NCBI GenBank assembly: GCA_036012755.1
Contig: DASCPX010000129.1
Location: 192,001 to 256,000 of the forward strand
From: Myxococcota bacterium
Lineage (GTDB): Bacteria; Myxococcota_A; UBA796; CAJQPC01
Direction of reading: 5' to 3'
DNA length: 64,000 bases
The position numbers and the translations under genes are program-made. Positions 9,515 to 21,388 of the stretch are shown one piece after another. The notes under the pieces were generated by a model, which was not told the origin of the DNA, did not search any database, and saw only the letters and a list, made by a program, of their open reading frames with translations. The stretch's first letter is position 1; the number at the start of each line of letters is the position of its first letter.

Positions 9515-10219
9515 ATGTTCATGATGCTCATCGCCTGCACCGGTCGCGAACCCCAGGACGGTCAGGGGCGTCCGCCGCTCGGGGGTGACGACAGCGCCGA
9601 CACCGGCCCCGATGTGCCTCTGGACGGCCAGGGTGAGATCACGGGGGACTGTGGGTTCCTCGCCCACCAGCAGTGGACGAGCAGCGAGAGCTGGCTCTTC
9701 CGCAACAGCATCGACCTCGGTGACGCTGGCCTCGACGTCGAGGATCTCTCGGAGGGGGGCGCGAAGGTCTACACAGACGGGAACCTCGGAGGATCCTCGC
9801 TGTTGTCCGAGGTGCTGGCCTTCGAGCTGCTCTACCGCTGTGAGCTCGCGGACCTCGTCAAGACGGAGGCCGAGATCGAGTACGCCACAGAGGGCAAGAA
9901 GACCGACCTGCTGGTTCAGATCGACAGCCGCAGCGTCGGCGTGAGCGTCACCCGGGCATACCACTGGCCTCCAGAGGACCTCTTCACAGTCGAGGAGGCC
10001 GACGCGCTCTTGACCGACAAGCTCGCCGACGCCAGCGAGGCCGACGACAACGTCGCCGCGGCGGACGCCTGGGAGCGGACGATCCTCCACGTCATCGCCT
10101 ACGACTCACAGTACGCGGACATGGTCGAAGAGGCCTACGGGGCTCTCGGTGCCGGTGTCACAGAGGACCACATCCTCGTCGTCTCGGTGACCGAGGGGGA
10201 CGACGAAGAGGTCTATTGA
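9515..10219 (+). CDS. Lipoprotein with AAC4-like domain (possible PD-(D/E)xK-like fold)
   Basis: GGAGG RBS and MFMMLIAC. The motif string NLGGSSLLSEVLAFELL...KTEAEIEY...TD...GVSVTRA resembles my recollection of the AAC4 family. Confidence 0.6.
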   Translation: MFMMLIACTGREPQDGQGRPPLGGDDSADTGPDVPLDGQGEITGDCGFLAHQQWTSSESWLFRNSIDLGDAGLDVEDLSEGGAKVYTDGNLGGSSLLSEVLAFELLYRCELADLVKTEAEIEYATEGKKTDLLVQIDSRSVGVSVTRAYHWPPEDLFTVEEADALLTDKLADASEADDNVAAADAWERTILHVIAYDSQYADMVEEAYGALGAGVTEDHILVVSVTEGDDEEVY

Positions 10220-10295
10220 GACGCCGCGACCAGCCCGGGGAACATCGCGTCATCCTCGTCGGTTATGGTTCGCCCCCCAACAGGAGGAGGCCACG

Positions 10296-10859
10296 ATGTT
10301 CGCCCCAGTGATCGGAGCCGCCCTGGCCCTCAACACGGCTCATGCCGAGCGCTATTCCTTCTCCAACGACAGTTCGGATGTGGGCTTCCACATGGTGGCC
10401 ACGATGCACGAGGTCGACGGCGACTGCGCCAACTTCCAGGGCGAGCTCGACGTCGGCAGGAAGGCCACCCACACGGGCAAGGTCACGGTCCAGACCAGCG
10501 CGGTCACCACGTTCATCGATGTCCGCGACGAGCGCATGCACAACTACGTGCTCGAGATCGAGAAGTACCCGACCATGGAGCTCGACATCAAGGCCATCGA
10601 GGGCGACGTGGAGGGCCTCGACTCCAAGAAGGGCAGCGGCGAGATCTTGCTGAAGGGCCAGCTGACGATCCGCACGGTGAGCAAGGACGTCGAGTTCCCC
10701 GTCACCTACAGCTGGAGCGAGTCCGGCGACCTCAGCCTGAAGGGCGGCTACGAGACGAAGTGGACGAACTGGAACCTGCCGGATCCGAGCATCCTGATCT
10801 CGACGCTGTACCCGGAGCTGGACGTCCGGGTGGACGTGACGGCGAAGAAGTCGCCCTGA
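10296..10859 (+). CDS. YceI family lipid/polyisoprenoid-binding protein
   Basis: AGGAGG RBS, signal peptide, and motifs RDERMHNYVLEIEKYP and GQLTIRTVSKDVEF. Confidence 0.85.
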   Translation: MFAPVIGAALALNTAHAERYSFSNDSSDVGFHMVATMHEVDGDCANFQGELDVGRKATHTGKVTVQTSAVTTFIDVRDERMHNYVLEIEKYPTMELDIKAIEGDVEGLDSKKGSGEILLKGQLTIRTVSKDVEFPVTYSWSESGDLSLKGGYETKWTNWNLPDPSILISTLYPELDVRVDVTAKKSP

Positions 10860-10860
10860 G

Positions 10861-12387
10861 CTACGGGCTCGCGACGCGATCCGGGTAGGGAACGAGCTCG
10901 TCCATGCGCTGGATCTTGTGGAAGTCGACGACCTTGAGGATGTCGGCGCGAGAGAGCTGGTCCGCAGAGTCGTAGCCACAGGATGCCAGGACCATCGCGA
11001 ACTCCTTGAGCACCGCGTGCTGGTAGTTCGAAGCCCGTGGGCCCTGGACCCTGGGCACCAGCCCCCGCTGCAGCCACGAGCTGTGCGTGGCGATTCCGCT
11101 CGGACAGAAGTTCGTGTTGCAGTGGAGCGCCTGGATGCAACCGATCGACAGCATGAACCCTCGGGCGCTGCAGGCCCAGTCGGCGCCGGCCGCCAGCGCG
11201 ATGGCCAGGGCGCCGCCAGTGAAGACCTTGCCTGACGCGGCGATCTTGATCCGCTCGCGAAGTCCGTATTCGAGCAGCTTGTTCTCGGTCATCATGACCG
11301 CATCCAGCATCGGGTACCCGAGGATGTTCGTGTGTGCGAGTGGCGCCGCTCCGGTGCCGCCCTCTGCCCCGTCGACGGCGATGTAGTCCGGGCCGACGCC
11401 CACATCTACGATCGCCTGGAAGATCTGGTCGAGGAACCTGGGGTCACCCAGGCAGTACTTGATGCCTACGGGCTTCCGGCTGAGCTTCTGGACACGCTCC
11501 ACGAAGCGCAACAGACCCTCGGCGTCTTCCCACTCGGAGTGGCGCGGCGGGGAGATGACGTCGCGACCTTGCTCGACGTTTCGGATCTTCGCGATCTCGG
11601 GGGTGATCTTCTCCTTCGGCAGGATCCCGCCCTTGCCTGGCTTGGCACCCTGACTGAGCTTGATCTCGATCATTCGCACCTGGGCCAGGGCGGCTTTCTT
11701 CGCGAAGGTCTCCTCGTCGAAGCTGCCGTCGGCGTTCCGGGCGCCGAACTTGGCGGTGCCCAGCTGCCAGACGAGGTCGCCGCCGGGCTCGCGGTGGTAG
11801 GGGCTGATGCCGCCTTCACCGGTGTTGTGGTAGTAGCCGCCTTCCTTGGCGCCCCTGTTCAGCGAGAGGATGGCCCGCTTTCCGAGGCTTCCGAAGCTCA
11901 TCGCCGAGGTGTTGAACAGGGCGGCATCGTAGGGGTGCTCGCAGTGCGGGTTGTGCTCTCCGACGTGTGTGCGTCCCGGCTCCTCGTGCTTCAGCTTCGG
12001 ATAGGAACTGTGTGCCATGAGGATCGTGCCGGGCGAATCCAGATCGAGCTGGGTGCCAAATGGCACGGTGGCGTCCTCGTTCAGCGCGCTGGCCTCGATC
12101 CACTTGCGCACGTAGCGCGGCACGGGGCGCTCCTCGCGGTCGTTGGAGATGAGGTACTGTCGCAGGGGCGGCCCGACTGACGACAGGGCATGGCGGCCCA
12201 TGGCCATCAGCGGGAAGTTGCGCTTGATGCTGTTCTTGGACTGTAGGAAGTCGCGCAGCGCCATGGCCAGGAAGATGAAGACCAGGAGCAGGAACAGGGT
12301 GCCGCCCGGGTGCTCTACCACCCAGAAGATGGGCGTGAAGATGACTTCGATGAGTGTGTTCAAGAGGGTCTCCTCATTGGGAGACAT
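10861..12387 (-). CDS. FMN-binding glutamate synthase family protein (stand-alone) with N-terminal TM segment
   Basis: SAMSFGSL, NTGEGG, EIKLSQGAKPGKGGILP and DGAEGGTGAAP motifs, plus the Fe-S motif CIQALHCNTNFCPSG. Start MSPNEE at 12387. Confidence 0.9.
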   Translation of the reverse strand: MSPNEETLLNTLIEVIFTPIFWVVEHPGGTLFLLLVFIFLAMALRDFLQSKNSIKRNFPLMAMGRHALSSVGPPLRQYLISNDREERPVPRYVRKWIEASALNEDATVPFGTQLDLDSPGTILMAHSSYPKLKHEEPGRTHVGEHNPHCEHPYDAALFNTSAMSFGSLGKRAILSLNRGAKEGGYYHNTGEGGISPYHREPGGDLVWQLGTAKFGARNADGSFDEETFAKKAALAQVRMIEIKLSQGAKPGKGGILPKEKITPEIAKIRNVEQGRDVISPPRHSEWEDAEGLLRFVERVQKLSRKPVGIKYCLGDPRFLDQIFQAIVDVGVGPDYIAVDGAEGGTGAAPLAHTNILGYPMLDAVMMTENKLLEYGLRERIKIAASGKVFTGGALAIALAAGADWACSARGFMLSIGCIQALHCNTNFCPSGIATHSSWLQRGLVPRVQGPRASNYQHAVLKEFAMVLASCGYDSADQLSRADILKVVDFHKIQRMDELVPYPDRVASP

Positions 12388-13303
12388 CGTAGCGGTAGAG
12401 CGCCTCCTCCTGTCCAATCCCGTAGAACTCGAAACTGAGCGTCTCGGATGTGGCGCGAACGACGCTGTAGCCGAAGCTGCTCGAGATGAAGTGCTGCCCC
12501 TCCGAGCCGACCTTGGCGCAGCGCCCCTTGAGGGCACCGGGGTCGGTGCACAGGGGGCGGCTCTTGCTGCCGGAGCCGGCGATGAGCTGGTCGAAGGTGG
12601 GGCCGTCGATGTGCTCGAGGTGGTGGTCGTGTCCGGCCAGGGCGAGGTCCACTCCACAGCGCTCGAAGATCGGCTCGACGGCGTCCTGGAGCGGGATGAG
12701 CTCTGTCGGGTGGAGACCGTGCAGTCCGCTGGAGTGCAGGGGATGGTGGGCGAAGGCGACCTTCCAGCCCTCTGCCGCGCAGAACTCCTCCTCCATCTCC
12801 TTCAGCATCGCGGCGCTGCCGGCTGTGTCGGTCCAGCGTCTCAAGAGCTGGCTGTCCCAGCCATAGAGCGTGAACCACTCGGGCAGGCCCGGCACGCGGT
12901 AGTGGAGGTCCGGCATGCGCCAGCGCTCGGAGCGGTTCGTGTAGTCGATCTGCGCCTGGGCCGAGCGGAGCCAGTCGTGGTTGCCCATGACCACCCAGGT
13001 CTCGAGCGCTCCGTGGCTGGCATAGGGCTTCTCGTAGAGCGCCACGAACTTGCGCGAGATGGAGCTCTCCGCCCCGGTCTCGTAGATGTTGTCGCCGACC
13101 ATCACGGCGAGGTCGCAGCCCAGGGCCGCGCAGGTCCTGGCGGAGTGCTCGGCGACCTGCCGCTGGGGAGGGCCCTTCTTGCCTGTGTCCCCGAGCACGA
13201 GCAGCACGATCTCTTCGTCGGACTGTCGCTCGGTGAACGGAACGGTTGCCAAGGGGGTGGGATCCTGGAGATCGAAGCCCGCGCAAGCGATGAGGTGCCA
13301 CAT
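12374..13303 (-). CDS. Metallophosphoesterase, purple/tartrate-resistant acid phosphatase-like lipoprotein
   Basis: GDTG, GDNIY, GNHD, HHP and GHDH motifs. Start MWHLIAC. Confidence 0.85.
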   Translation of the reverse strand: MWHLIACAGFDLQDPTPLATVPFTERQSDEEIVLLVLGDTGKKGPPQRQVAEHSARTCAALGCDLAVMVGDNIYETGAESSISRKFVALYEKPYASHGALETWVVMGNHDWLRSAQAQIDYTNRSERWRMPDLHYRVPGLPEWFTLYGWDSQLLRRWTDTAGSAAMLKEMEEEFCAAEGWKVAFAHHPLHSSGLHGLHPTELIPLQDAVEPIFERCGVDLALAGHDHHLEHIDGPTFDQLIAGSGSKSRPLCTDPGALKGRCAKVGSEGQHFISSSFGYSVVRATSETLSFEFYGIGQEEALYRYDVSQ

Positions 13304-13334
13304 GCGGGGTCACTATCGCGATAGTCCACCGGGC

Positions 13335-14237
13335 ATGGAACTCCATGAGCGACTCTCCCGACACACGGGCCTCGAGGTCCGGGAGGCGGTCCGCCAGGGG
13401 CGCCAGGGGAGCTTCCGCGTCACCGCGATCGAAGATGGACGACCGCGCCGCTTCGTGCTTCGCGGCGACGCGCCACAGAGTCCGCCCGGGAGCATCTCCT
13501 GCGAGGTCGAGTTCCATGTGATCGCCGCTGCGGTCGAGGTCGGGACGCCGACGCCCCGGGCTCGCTTCCCGGGCGAGGGGCTCGTGCGGGACGGCGCCTT
13601 CGCCTACCTCGCCGATTGGGTCGATGGGGAAGTCACCGGGTCCAGCGTCGTGAGCCACCCGGCGCGGGACGAGCTGCCCGAACAGCTGGCCCGAGCGCTC
13701 TCGGCGATCCACCGGATCACCCCGGAGACCCACGAGCTGCCCCTGTCAGGTCGTGAGCGGGACCCGGGCGAGGCGGCGCTGGAGGCCGCCCGAGAGCTGC
13801 TGGACGCGCTGCCAGAGCCCCACGCCGGCCTCGAGCTGGCATATGTCTGGGCGACGGAGCACGTCCCGGAGCCTGGCCCGATCACGCTGGTCCACGGTGA
13901 CTTCCGGACGGGCAACTTCGTGGTCGGCGAAGGGGGCCTCGCGGCAGTGCTCGACTGGGAGTTCGCCCACTGGGGCGATCCCCTGGAAGACATCGGGCGG
14001 CTCTGTGTGCGCTCCTGGCGTTTTGGCCAGGTTGCGCTGCCAGCCGGTGGCCTCGCGACCCGCGCGCGCTTCTACCCTGCCTACGGCGAGCTCAGCGGGC
14101 ACGACATCGACCCGGAGGTCATCCATTTCTGGGAGGTCCTCGGGAACCTGCGCCGTGGTGCCACTCACCTGGGCGAGCGCTGCCAGGTGGCCTTCGAGGC
14201 CCTCCGGCTCATCGAACTCGGTCCGCCGGAGCTCTGA
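13335..14237 (+). CDS. APH-family phosphotransferase (ACAD10/11 N-terminal-like)
   Basis: LVHGDFRTGN and LDWEFAHWGDPLEDIG motifs. The C-terminus may be shortened. Confidence 0.85.
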   Translation: MELHERLSRHTGLEVREAVRQGRQGSFRVTAIEDGRPRRFVLRGDAPQSPPGSISCEVEFHVIAAAVEVGTPTPRARFPGEGLVRDGAFAYLADWVDGEVTGSSVVSHPARDELPEQLARALSAIHRITPETHELPLSGRERDPGEAALEAARELLDALPEPHAGLELAYVWATEHVPEPGPITLVHGDFRTGNFVVGEGGLAAVLDWEFAHWGDPLEDIGRLCVRSWRFGQVALPAGGLATRARFYPAYGELSGHDIDPEVIHFWEVLGNLRRGATHLGERCQVAFEALRLIELGPPEL

Positions 14238-14461
14238 TGGAGGAGACCGCCGAGCTGCGTCGCCTGTGCGAGCTCTTCGGAGTGGACCCGCCGGAGGTGG
14301 ACACCTCCATGCACCGGATCTCGGAGCTCAACGCTCGGCTGATCGAGCGCATTCGCAGCGGCGATGTCGACGAGGCGCTGTTCGACCACGTCGCCCAGAC
14401 CCTGAAGGAGGAGCTGGCGGTCGCGCGGCCGGGCTTCGACACCCGGCTGGACGTGGAGTGA
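14237..14461 (+). CDS. DUF6285-like small protein, probably N-terminally truncated
   Basis: LNARLIERIRSG...LAVARPGF motif, in its usual position downstream of this APH subfamily. Confidence 0.55.
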   Translation: MEETAELRRLCELFGVDPPEVDTSMHRISELNARLIERIRSGDVDEALFDHVAQTLKEELAVARPGFDTRLDVE

Positions 14462-14495
14462 CCGACACGAGGCAGTGATTTGACCATATTCGGCT

Positions 14496-14744
14496 ATGGA
14501 TGCTCGCTTCGGGCGATCCGATGATCTGATCAGGAAGGGCGGTCAGGAGCCACCTGTGAGAGTTCCGGTCGAAGTTCGAGTGCTCATCGAAGAGGCAGAG
14601 GCCCTTCGCGCCGCCGAACCGGAGCCCGGCTTCGAGATCACCGCGACCCAGCTGTTCGAGGGTCTGCTCTGGGTCACCCTGGCCCTGTGCGTCATAGGCA
14701 CCGTCATCAGCCTCTGGGGCGCGCTCGACGCGCTCTACTTGTAG
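14496..14744 (+). CDS. Small hypothetical membrane protein
   Basis: 82 aa with one C-terminal TM helix; it fills the intergenic gap. Confidence 0.5.
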   Translation: MDARFGRSDDLIRKGGQEPPVRVPVEVRVLIEEAEALRAAEPEPGFEITATQLFEGLLWVTLALCVIGTVISLWGALDALYL

Positions 14745-14746
14745 TC

Positions 14747-16536
<1,790 letters not shown>

Positions 16537-16540
<4 letters not shown>

Positions 16541-17064
16541 TCGATCCAGGTCCCTCGGCCCTGCCAGGCGTTGTCGCAGGGCAGGGGCCACACGATGAGG
16601 TCACAGGCGTCCGGGGAGAGCTCCTCGTAGGCGATGAAGGTCGCCTCGATCTTGTAGTCCATCGTCTTGTCGTCGAGCAGGGTGCCGTCGAGGAGCGCGG
16701 TCACCTGGCTGACGCAGGTGCCGAAGGGGATCTCCAGCGAGCCAGTGAGCGCCACGGTGGTGCCGTCGCTGGTTCCGCTCCAAGGCATCTCCTGCTCGGA
16801 GCCGGGGTCGCTGATCATGTCGATGCAGCTGCCGTCGGTGGTCCACTCGGTCAGCGTGTCCTCGCCCACGTGGATGTGGATTCCCTGGCCCTCGTCGTTC
16901 TCGCAGTCGTTGACCAGGGCCTCCGCGATGTTCAGCGCCCAGGTGCCGTTGGCGAGGTAGCCGTCCTCGACCCCCGTGCAGTCGGGGGACACGCTGTCGT
17001 CGGTGGCCCCGCTGTCCTTCGGGTCGGGGTTTCCCTTCGTGCAAGCCAACAGGAGCCAGGTCAT
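16537..17064 (-). CDS. Hypothetical lipoprotein
   Basis: MTWLLLAC start, acidic beta-rich body, and its stop overlaps the next start. Confidence 0.7.
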
Positions 17065-17128
17065 GGGGGCAGCGTACCCTGACATCGGCTTCACGTTCGG
17101 CGCGGATGGGCCCTTTACATTCACGCCC

Positions 17129-18097
17129 ATGCTGAACTTGACGCTTTCCCTGAGTTTCGCGACCGCAGCCGGCAGCGCAGACCCCAAGATCGTGAACGGC
17201 TCGGCCTCGTCCGACTTCCCGAGCACGGTGGCCCTCGGGGCCGACATGGGCGATGACGTGTTCTCCGCCTGCACCGGCAACGTCATCACGCCGCGGATCG
17301 TGCTCACTGCGGCCCACTGCGGCGCGGACGTGCCGCTGGATGTGATCGTCGCCCTTGGCCAGGCCTTCTTCGGGGCCGAGGCCAGCGACGCGGACTACGC
17401 GGTGTCCTTCTCGGACATGGCGGTCCACCCCGACTACACCGACATCGACTCCGGCGGCGGCATGCCTCGAAACGATGTCGCAGTCCTGGTGCTCGCCGAG
17501 GACGCTCCGGTGGCGGCGACCTGGATCCGGTTGGAGAAGCTCGGCGACGATGAGCTCGGCGCCCAGGTCACGAGCGTCGGCTTCGGCGCGACCTCTTCGG
17601 CTGGCAATGGCTCTGGCACGAAGCGCCAGGCCGATCTGACCGTGGATGACTACGAGCAGGGCTTCATCATCAGCTACAGCGACACCAACCCCGACGGCGG
17701 GCAGATCTGCTCGGGTGACTCGGGCGGGCCGATGTTCCACCTCGACGACGACGGCGAGTGGGTCCAGTGGGGCATCCACAGCTGGGGTGACCAGGACTGC
17801 ACGCAGGTCTCCGGCAGCACGCGGGTCGGCAAGCAGGTCGACTTCATCCTGGAGCAGGTCGAGTTCGTCCACGGCACCACCGACCTCTGCGAGATCAACG
17901 GGCGCTATGGCGACGGAGTCTGCGACGAGCGCTGCGATCTGGAAGACAGCGACTGCGTGATCGAGGAGATCGACTCGGGCCTCGATACGGATCTCGATCC
18001 AGACGAGCCACGCCGCTTCGGCAACTGCGCGACGGCGCCCGGGGCTCCGTGGCTGATGGGGCTCGCCGGGCTCCTGTTCCTCCGGCGACGCGACTGA
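17129..18097 (+). CDS. Trypsin-like S1 serine protease with MYXO-CTERM-like tail
   Basis: IVNG, LTAAHC, NDVAVL and CSGDSGGP motifs. C-terminus GNCATAPGAPWLMGLAGLLFLRRRD. Confidence 0.9.
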   Translation: MLNLTLSLSFATAAGSADPKIVNGSASSDFPSTVALGADMGDDVFSACTGNVITPRIVLTAAHCGADVPLDVIVALGQAFFGAEASDADYAVSFSDMAVHPDYTDIDSGGGMPRNDVAVLVLAEDAPVAATWIRLEKLGDDELGAQVTSVGFGATSSAGNGSGTKRQADLTVDDYEQGFIISYSDTNPDGGQICSGDSGGPMFHLDDDGEWVQWGIHSWGDQDCTQVSGSTRVGKQVDFILEQVEFVHGTTDLCEINGRYGDGVCDERCDLEDSDCVIEEIDSGLDTDLDPDEPRRFGNCATAPGAPWLMGLAGLLFLRRRD

Positions 18098-18138
18098 AGC
18101 TCGGGCGGGACGGTCCTGGCGAGAGTTACATTGCCTTC

Positions 18139-19086
18139 ATGCTGATGCTGCTCCTGCTGTCCGCGCTCGCGTGGGCGGTGCCGACGAAGACGCTCGAGGC
18201 GGGGATCGATCGAAGGGTCATCCTCGTCGACATGGACGGCCGCCAGATCGACTGCAGCCTCGTCGCCGTCGAGGACACCCGGCTCGTCGTTCGCTTGGAT
18301 GACGGCTCTCTCGCGGAGGTGGAGCGCTCAGCGGTGGTGAACCTCGTCGACCTCGGCCCGGCGCCTCCTCCTCCTGTCGAGGAGGAGCCAGAGGACGACT
18401 TCGGCGAGGACCCGCTGGATGAGGAGACGCTCGACGACTTCGACGTCGAAGAGGTCCTCGAGGAGATCCTCGAGGAGGGAGTCGTCGAGGACCCGGTCGT
18501 CGAGGACCCGGTCGTCGAGGAGGCCGCCATCGAGGAGGCCATCACCGAGGAGGCCCCGGTCCTCGAGGAGCGGGCGGAGCTGCCGGAGGATGACCTCGCG
18601 CTGCCGGAGAGTGATGGCGTCTCGACCGAAGGCGATGTCGCGGAGAGCGAGGCCTGGGAGGAGCCCTCCGACCCCGTCGCCACCGACCCCGTCGCCACGG
18701 ACGCCGTGGCGGACGTCCAGCCCGAGCCTGCCGTCGAGCCCGAGCGTGACCCGGAGGCCGACTCCGAGCTCTACTACCGGGGGCGCGCGGATGGGGCAGC
18801 GGCGGCAAAGGGAGCGGTGACCGCGATGCCCCAGGGCTTGGGCTTCCTCGGCGGCTGTGTCGGTAGCTGCGCCGGGTGCACGGCGGCCACCCTGACCTTC
18901 GCCTTGATGGAGCCGACGGTCCCGACTGGAGACTGGCAGGATCGAGAGGGCCTGTACCAGCAGGGCTACGTCCAGGCCTATCGCGACACCTACCAGCGCG
19001 AGGCGGCCCGGCGAGCCTTCGCGGGCGGTGCCCTCGGCGCTGCGACGACCACCGTGGTGGCCATCGCACTCATCGCCCAGCTCTGA
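18139..19086 (+). CDS. Hypothetical exported protein with acidic low-complexity linker and C-terminal hydrophobic segments
   Basis: Short signal peptide, small beta domain, E/D/P-rich linker with a VVEDP repeat, and two hydrophobic segments. Confidence 0.7.
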   Translation: MLMLLLLSALAWAVPTKTLEAGIDRRVILVDMDGRQIDCSLVAVEDTRLVVRLDDGSLAEVERSAVVNLVDLGPAPPPPVEEEPEDDFGEDPLDEETLDDFDVEEVLEEILEEGVVEDPVVEDPVVEEAAIEEAITEEAPVLEERAELPEDDLALPESDGVSTEGDVAESEAWEEPSDPVATDPVATDAVADVQPEPAVEPERDPEADSELYYRGRADGAAAAKGAVTAMPQGLGFLGGCVGSCAGCTAATLTFALMEPTVPTGDWQDREGLYQQGYVQAYRDTYQREAARRAFAGGALGAATTTVVAIALIAQL

Positions 19087-19131
19087 CAAAAGAGGACAGG
19101 TACCAGCGGCGGCCTGTGCTAGAAACGCCCA

Positions 19132-19488
19132 ATGGTCCACCGGCCTCGACAGCCGCGGCTTCGCTTGAGGGCCCGCGTTCACCGCGACGGGCCGGACCGC
19201 TTCTACATGGGGCTGTCCGAGAACATCTCCTCGGGCGGAGTGTTCATCGCCAGCGAGTGTCCGCCCTCACTCGGCGAGGAGGTCCAGCTCGTCGTCGGTC
19301 CCGAAGCGAGGCCCATCCAGGTGAACGGCGTCGTGCGCTGGCTTCGCGTGGACGAGGACGGCAACCCGACCGGCTGCGGTGTGCAGTTCATCCGGCTCGA
19401 CGACGCCCGCAAGACCACCATCGCCGCATTCCTGCGCGACGCGCCGAACGACCCGTTGCTGCACATGACGCTCGACGAGTCGATGTAA
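19132..19488 (+). CDS. PilZ domain protein (TIGR02266-like)
   Basis: RQPR and NISSGGVFI c-di-GMP-type motifs, then GVVRW and GCGVQF. Confidence 0.85.
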   Translation: MVHRPRQPRLRLRARVHRDGPDRFYMGLSENISSGGVFIASECPPSLGEEVQLVVGPEARPIQVNGVVRWLRVDEDGNPTGCGVQFIRLDDARKTTIAAFLRDAPNDPLLHMTLDESM

Positions 19489-19498
19489 CAATCCCAGA

Positions 19499-20314
19499 AT
19501 GTTCGCCCTCATCCTGGCTTGTGGTCCCAAGAACGTCTCGGAGCTCGACACCGGTCCGACCGCTGGCTGGCACGTCGAGGAGGGCTGGGGCGGGAGCTGC
19601 TTCCTGCCCCCCGACTTCGAGACCATCGAAGACGCGGAGCTGCGCCAGAAGATGCAGCGCGACACCCTCGCGGCGATGTCGCTCCAGTGGGAGGGGAGTC
19701 GCCGCGACGGCATCCGCTTCGACCCGGATCTGTCGGACGAGGTCGCCGCCTACCTCGAGCCGCACCTCGACCGGGTCCAGGGGGTCGCGGACCAGAACCA
19801 CGCTCACTGCGTGGAGGTGATGGACCAGGGCGCGACGACCTCGGCGTGGGGGCTGTGGCTGGAGGAGCTGCACGAAGACCTCTCGGAAGAGGCTTGCCCG
19901 ACGCCGCTGTCCGACAACTTCCACACGCTCGACATCCGCACCGGCTGGCAGGCCGACGTCGAGATCTGCGCGGGCACCTCCTATGTCGTGCGGGGAGCGG
20001 TCGGTGAGCAGTTTCGGCTCTCGGCGGAGGGGGCGCTCATCACGCTCGCTGGCGACCCGGACAACCTCCCACCGGAGGGCGCCTTCTGCCGCGAGGTCGC
20101 CGGCTGTGCCTGGGGAATGCTCGTCGGCCGCTTCGAGGGAGAGGACGGGAGCGTAGAGGTCTTCCCGATCGGCACGGAGAAGACCCGCACGGCGGCGGTC
20201 GCCGGGACGCTGTCCATCGCGATCAACGACGACGATCACCACGACAACGCCTGGCAGATCGTCGATGGAGTGCAAGACGGGGTGACGCTGGAGATCCGCC
20301 CGGCTCGGGACTGA
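19499..20314 (+). CDS. Lipoprotein with C-terminal PA-IL/LecA-like beta-sandwich
   Basis: MFALILAC start. The C-terminal pattern is TGWQ...GMLVGRF...VFPIG...GTLSIAINDDDHHDN. Confidence 0.55.
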   Translation: MFALILACGPKNVSELDTGPTAGWHVEEGWGGSCFLPPDFETIEDAELRQKMQRDTLAAMSLQWEGSRRDGIRFDPDLSDEVAAYLEPHLDRVQGVADQNHAHCVEVMDQGATTSAWGLWLEELHEDLSEEACPTPLSDNFHTLDIRTGWQADVEICAGTSYVVRGAVGEQFRLSAEGALITLAGDPDNLPPEGAFCREVAGCAWGMLVGRFEGEDGSVEVFPIGTEKTRTAAVAGTLSIAINDDDHHDNAWQIVDGVQDGVTLEIRPARD

Positions 20315-20315
20315 G

Positions 20316-21388
20316 TCAGCCGAGAAGCCCCAGCGCTCCAGGCCGCGGATGACCAGCCAGTTCAGGTTGATCCAGGTCGGACCTCGCCAGTAGAGGTGCT
20401 CCCTGTAGGCCTCGTCCTCCAGCGGAACCGTGGGGATGGGCCACTCGGCGGTGTAGACCGACTCCAGGAGCGCGGCGCACGCAGAGGCCTGCTCGCGACG
20501 GATGCCAGAGCAGAACAGCGGCACGAGCTCCCAGGCTCCTCGCACGGGGACCGAGGCCCCAGCGCGCACGTCGAAGTCCCGGAAGCCCTCCGAGGTCCAC
20601 AGGACCGATGCGAGTGCTCCCTCCATCGACTCCATGCGCGACGCCGCGGAGGTTTCGAAGCCGAGCTCCGCTGCCAGCCAGAGGAGGTCCTCGTCGGCTC
20701 TGTGCAGGATGGCCGTCATCGCGACGTCGGCGACGAGGAAGGGGCTGTCCGCCACCATTGCCGCCTCGTCGAAGTCCCGGTCGCGGATCATCTGGACGAG
20801 GTGGGCGTAGCGCGCGTACTCGTCGTCCGAAGGCCGGGTCGCCGGATCCGCTCGCTCGATGTCCACACGCTCGAAGCGAACCCCAGAGGGCTGCCACCGA
20901 CAGAGGGCCGCGTCCCAGCGGGGCGCGTTGTCCATGCCGGACTCCCAGGGGTGCGTGATGCAGACGGCTCCGCGGTGGCCCCGCACTCCGAGCAGCCAGC
21001 TGTGCCAGCGCTCGAGGGTCGGCATCATGCCGCGAATCGTCGACGCCCGGGCTCCCGCCTCGAAGAGCTGGCGCGCCGCCGTCGCCGCGACCGGAGGCTG
21101 GGTGATCGAGGATCTAGGAGGCTTCATGCCCTCTGTGCCCCAGAAGTCCGGCCCGGGCGCATAGTCCCCCTCGGAGGCGAAGCGGATGTGCGGCACGCGC
21201 CCGTCTGGCCACGCGGCCTCCAGCAACCGGTCGAGCTCGGCGGCCCCTCTCGGGACGTCGATGTGCGACCAGCCGATGGCGGAGAAGGCCGAGTCCCAGT
21301 TCCACTGGTGGGGGTACAGGTGCGGGGAGGGCAGGCAGTGACGACCTCGGTCGTTCGCCCGCAGGAGCGCCTCTGCCCGCGCCCTCAT
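20316..21388 (-). pseudogene. GH63 mannosylglycerate/glucosylglycerate hydrolase-like, 3'-truncated
   Basis: LYPHQWNWDSAF, SITQPPV, HPWESGMDNAPRWD and YWRGPTWINLNW motifs. Homology ends at GLERWGF near 20320 with no stop codon, and the frame runs on antisense to 19388. Confidence 0.7.

Noticed and set aside
18480..18550. 15-bp direct repeat (GTCGTCGAGGACCCG)
   Set aside because: It is an in-frame VVEDP expansion within a low-complexity linker.
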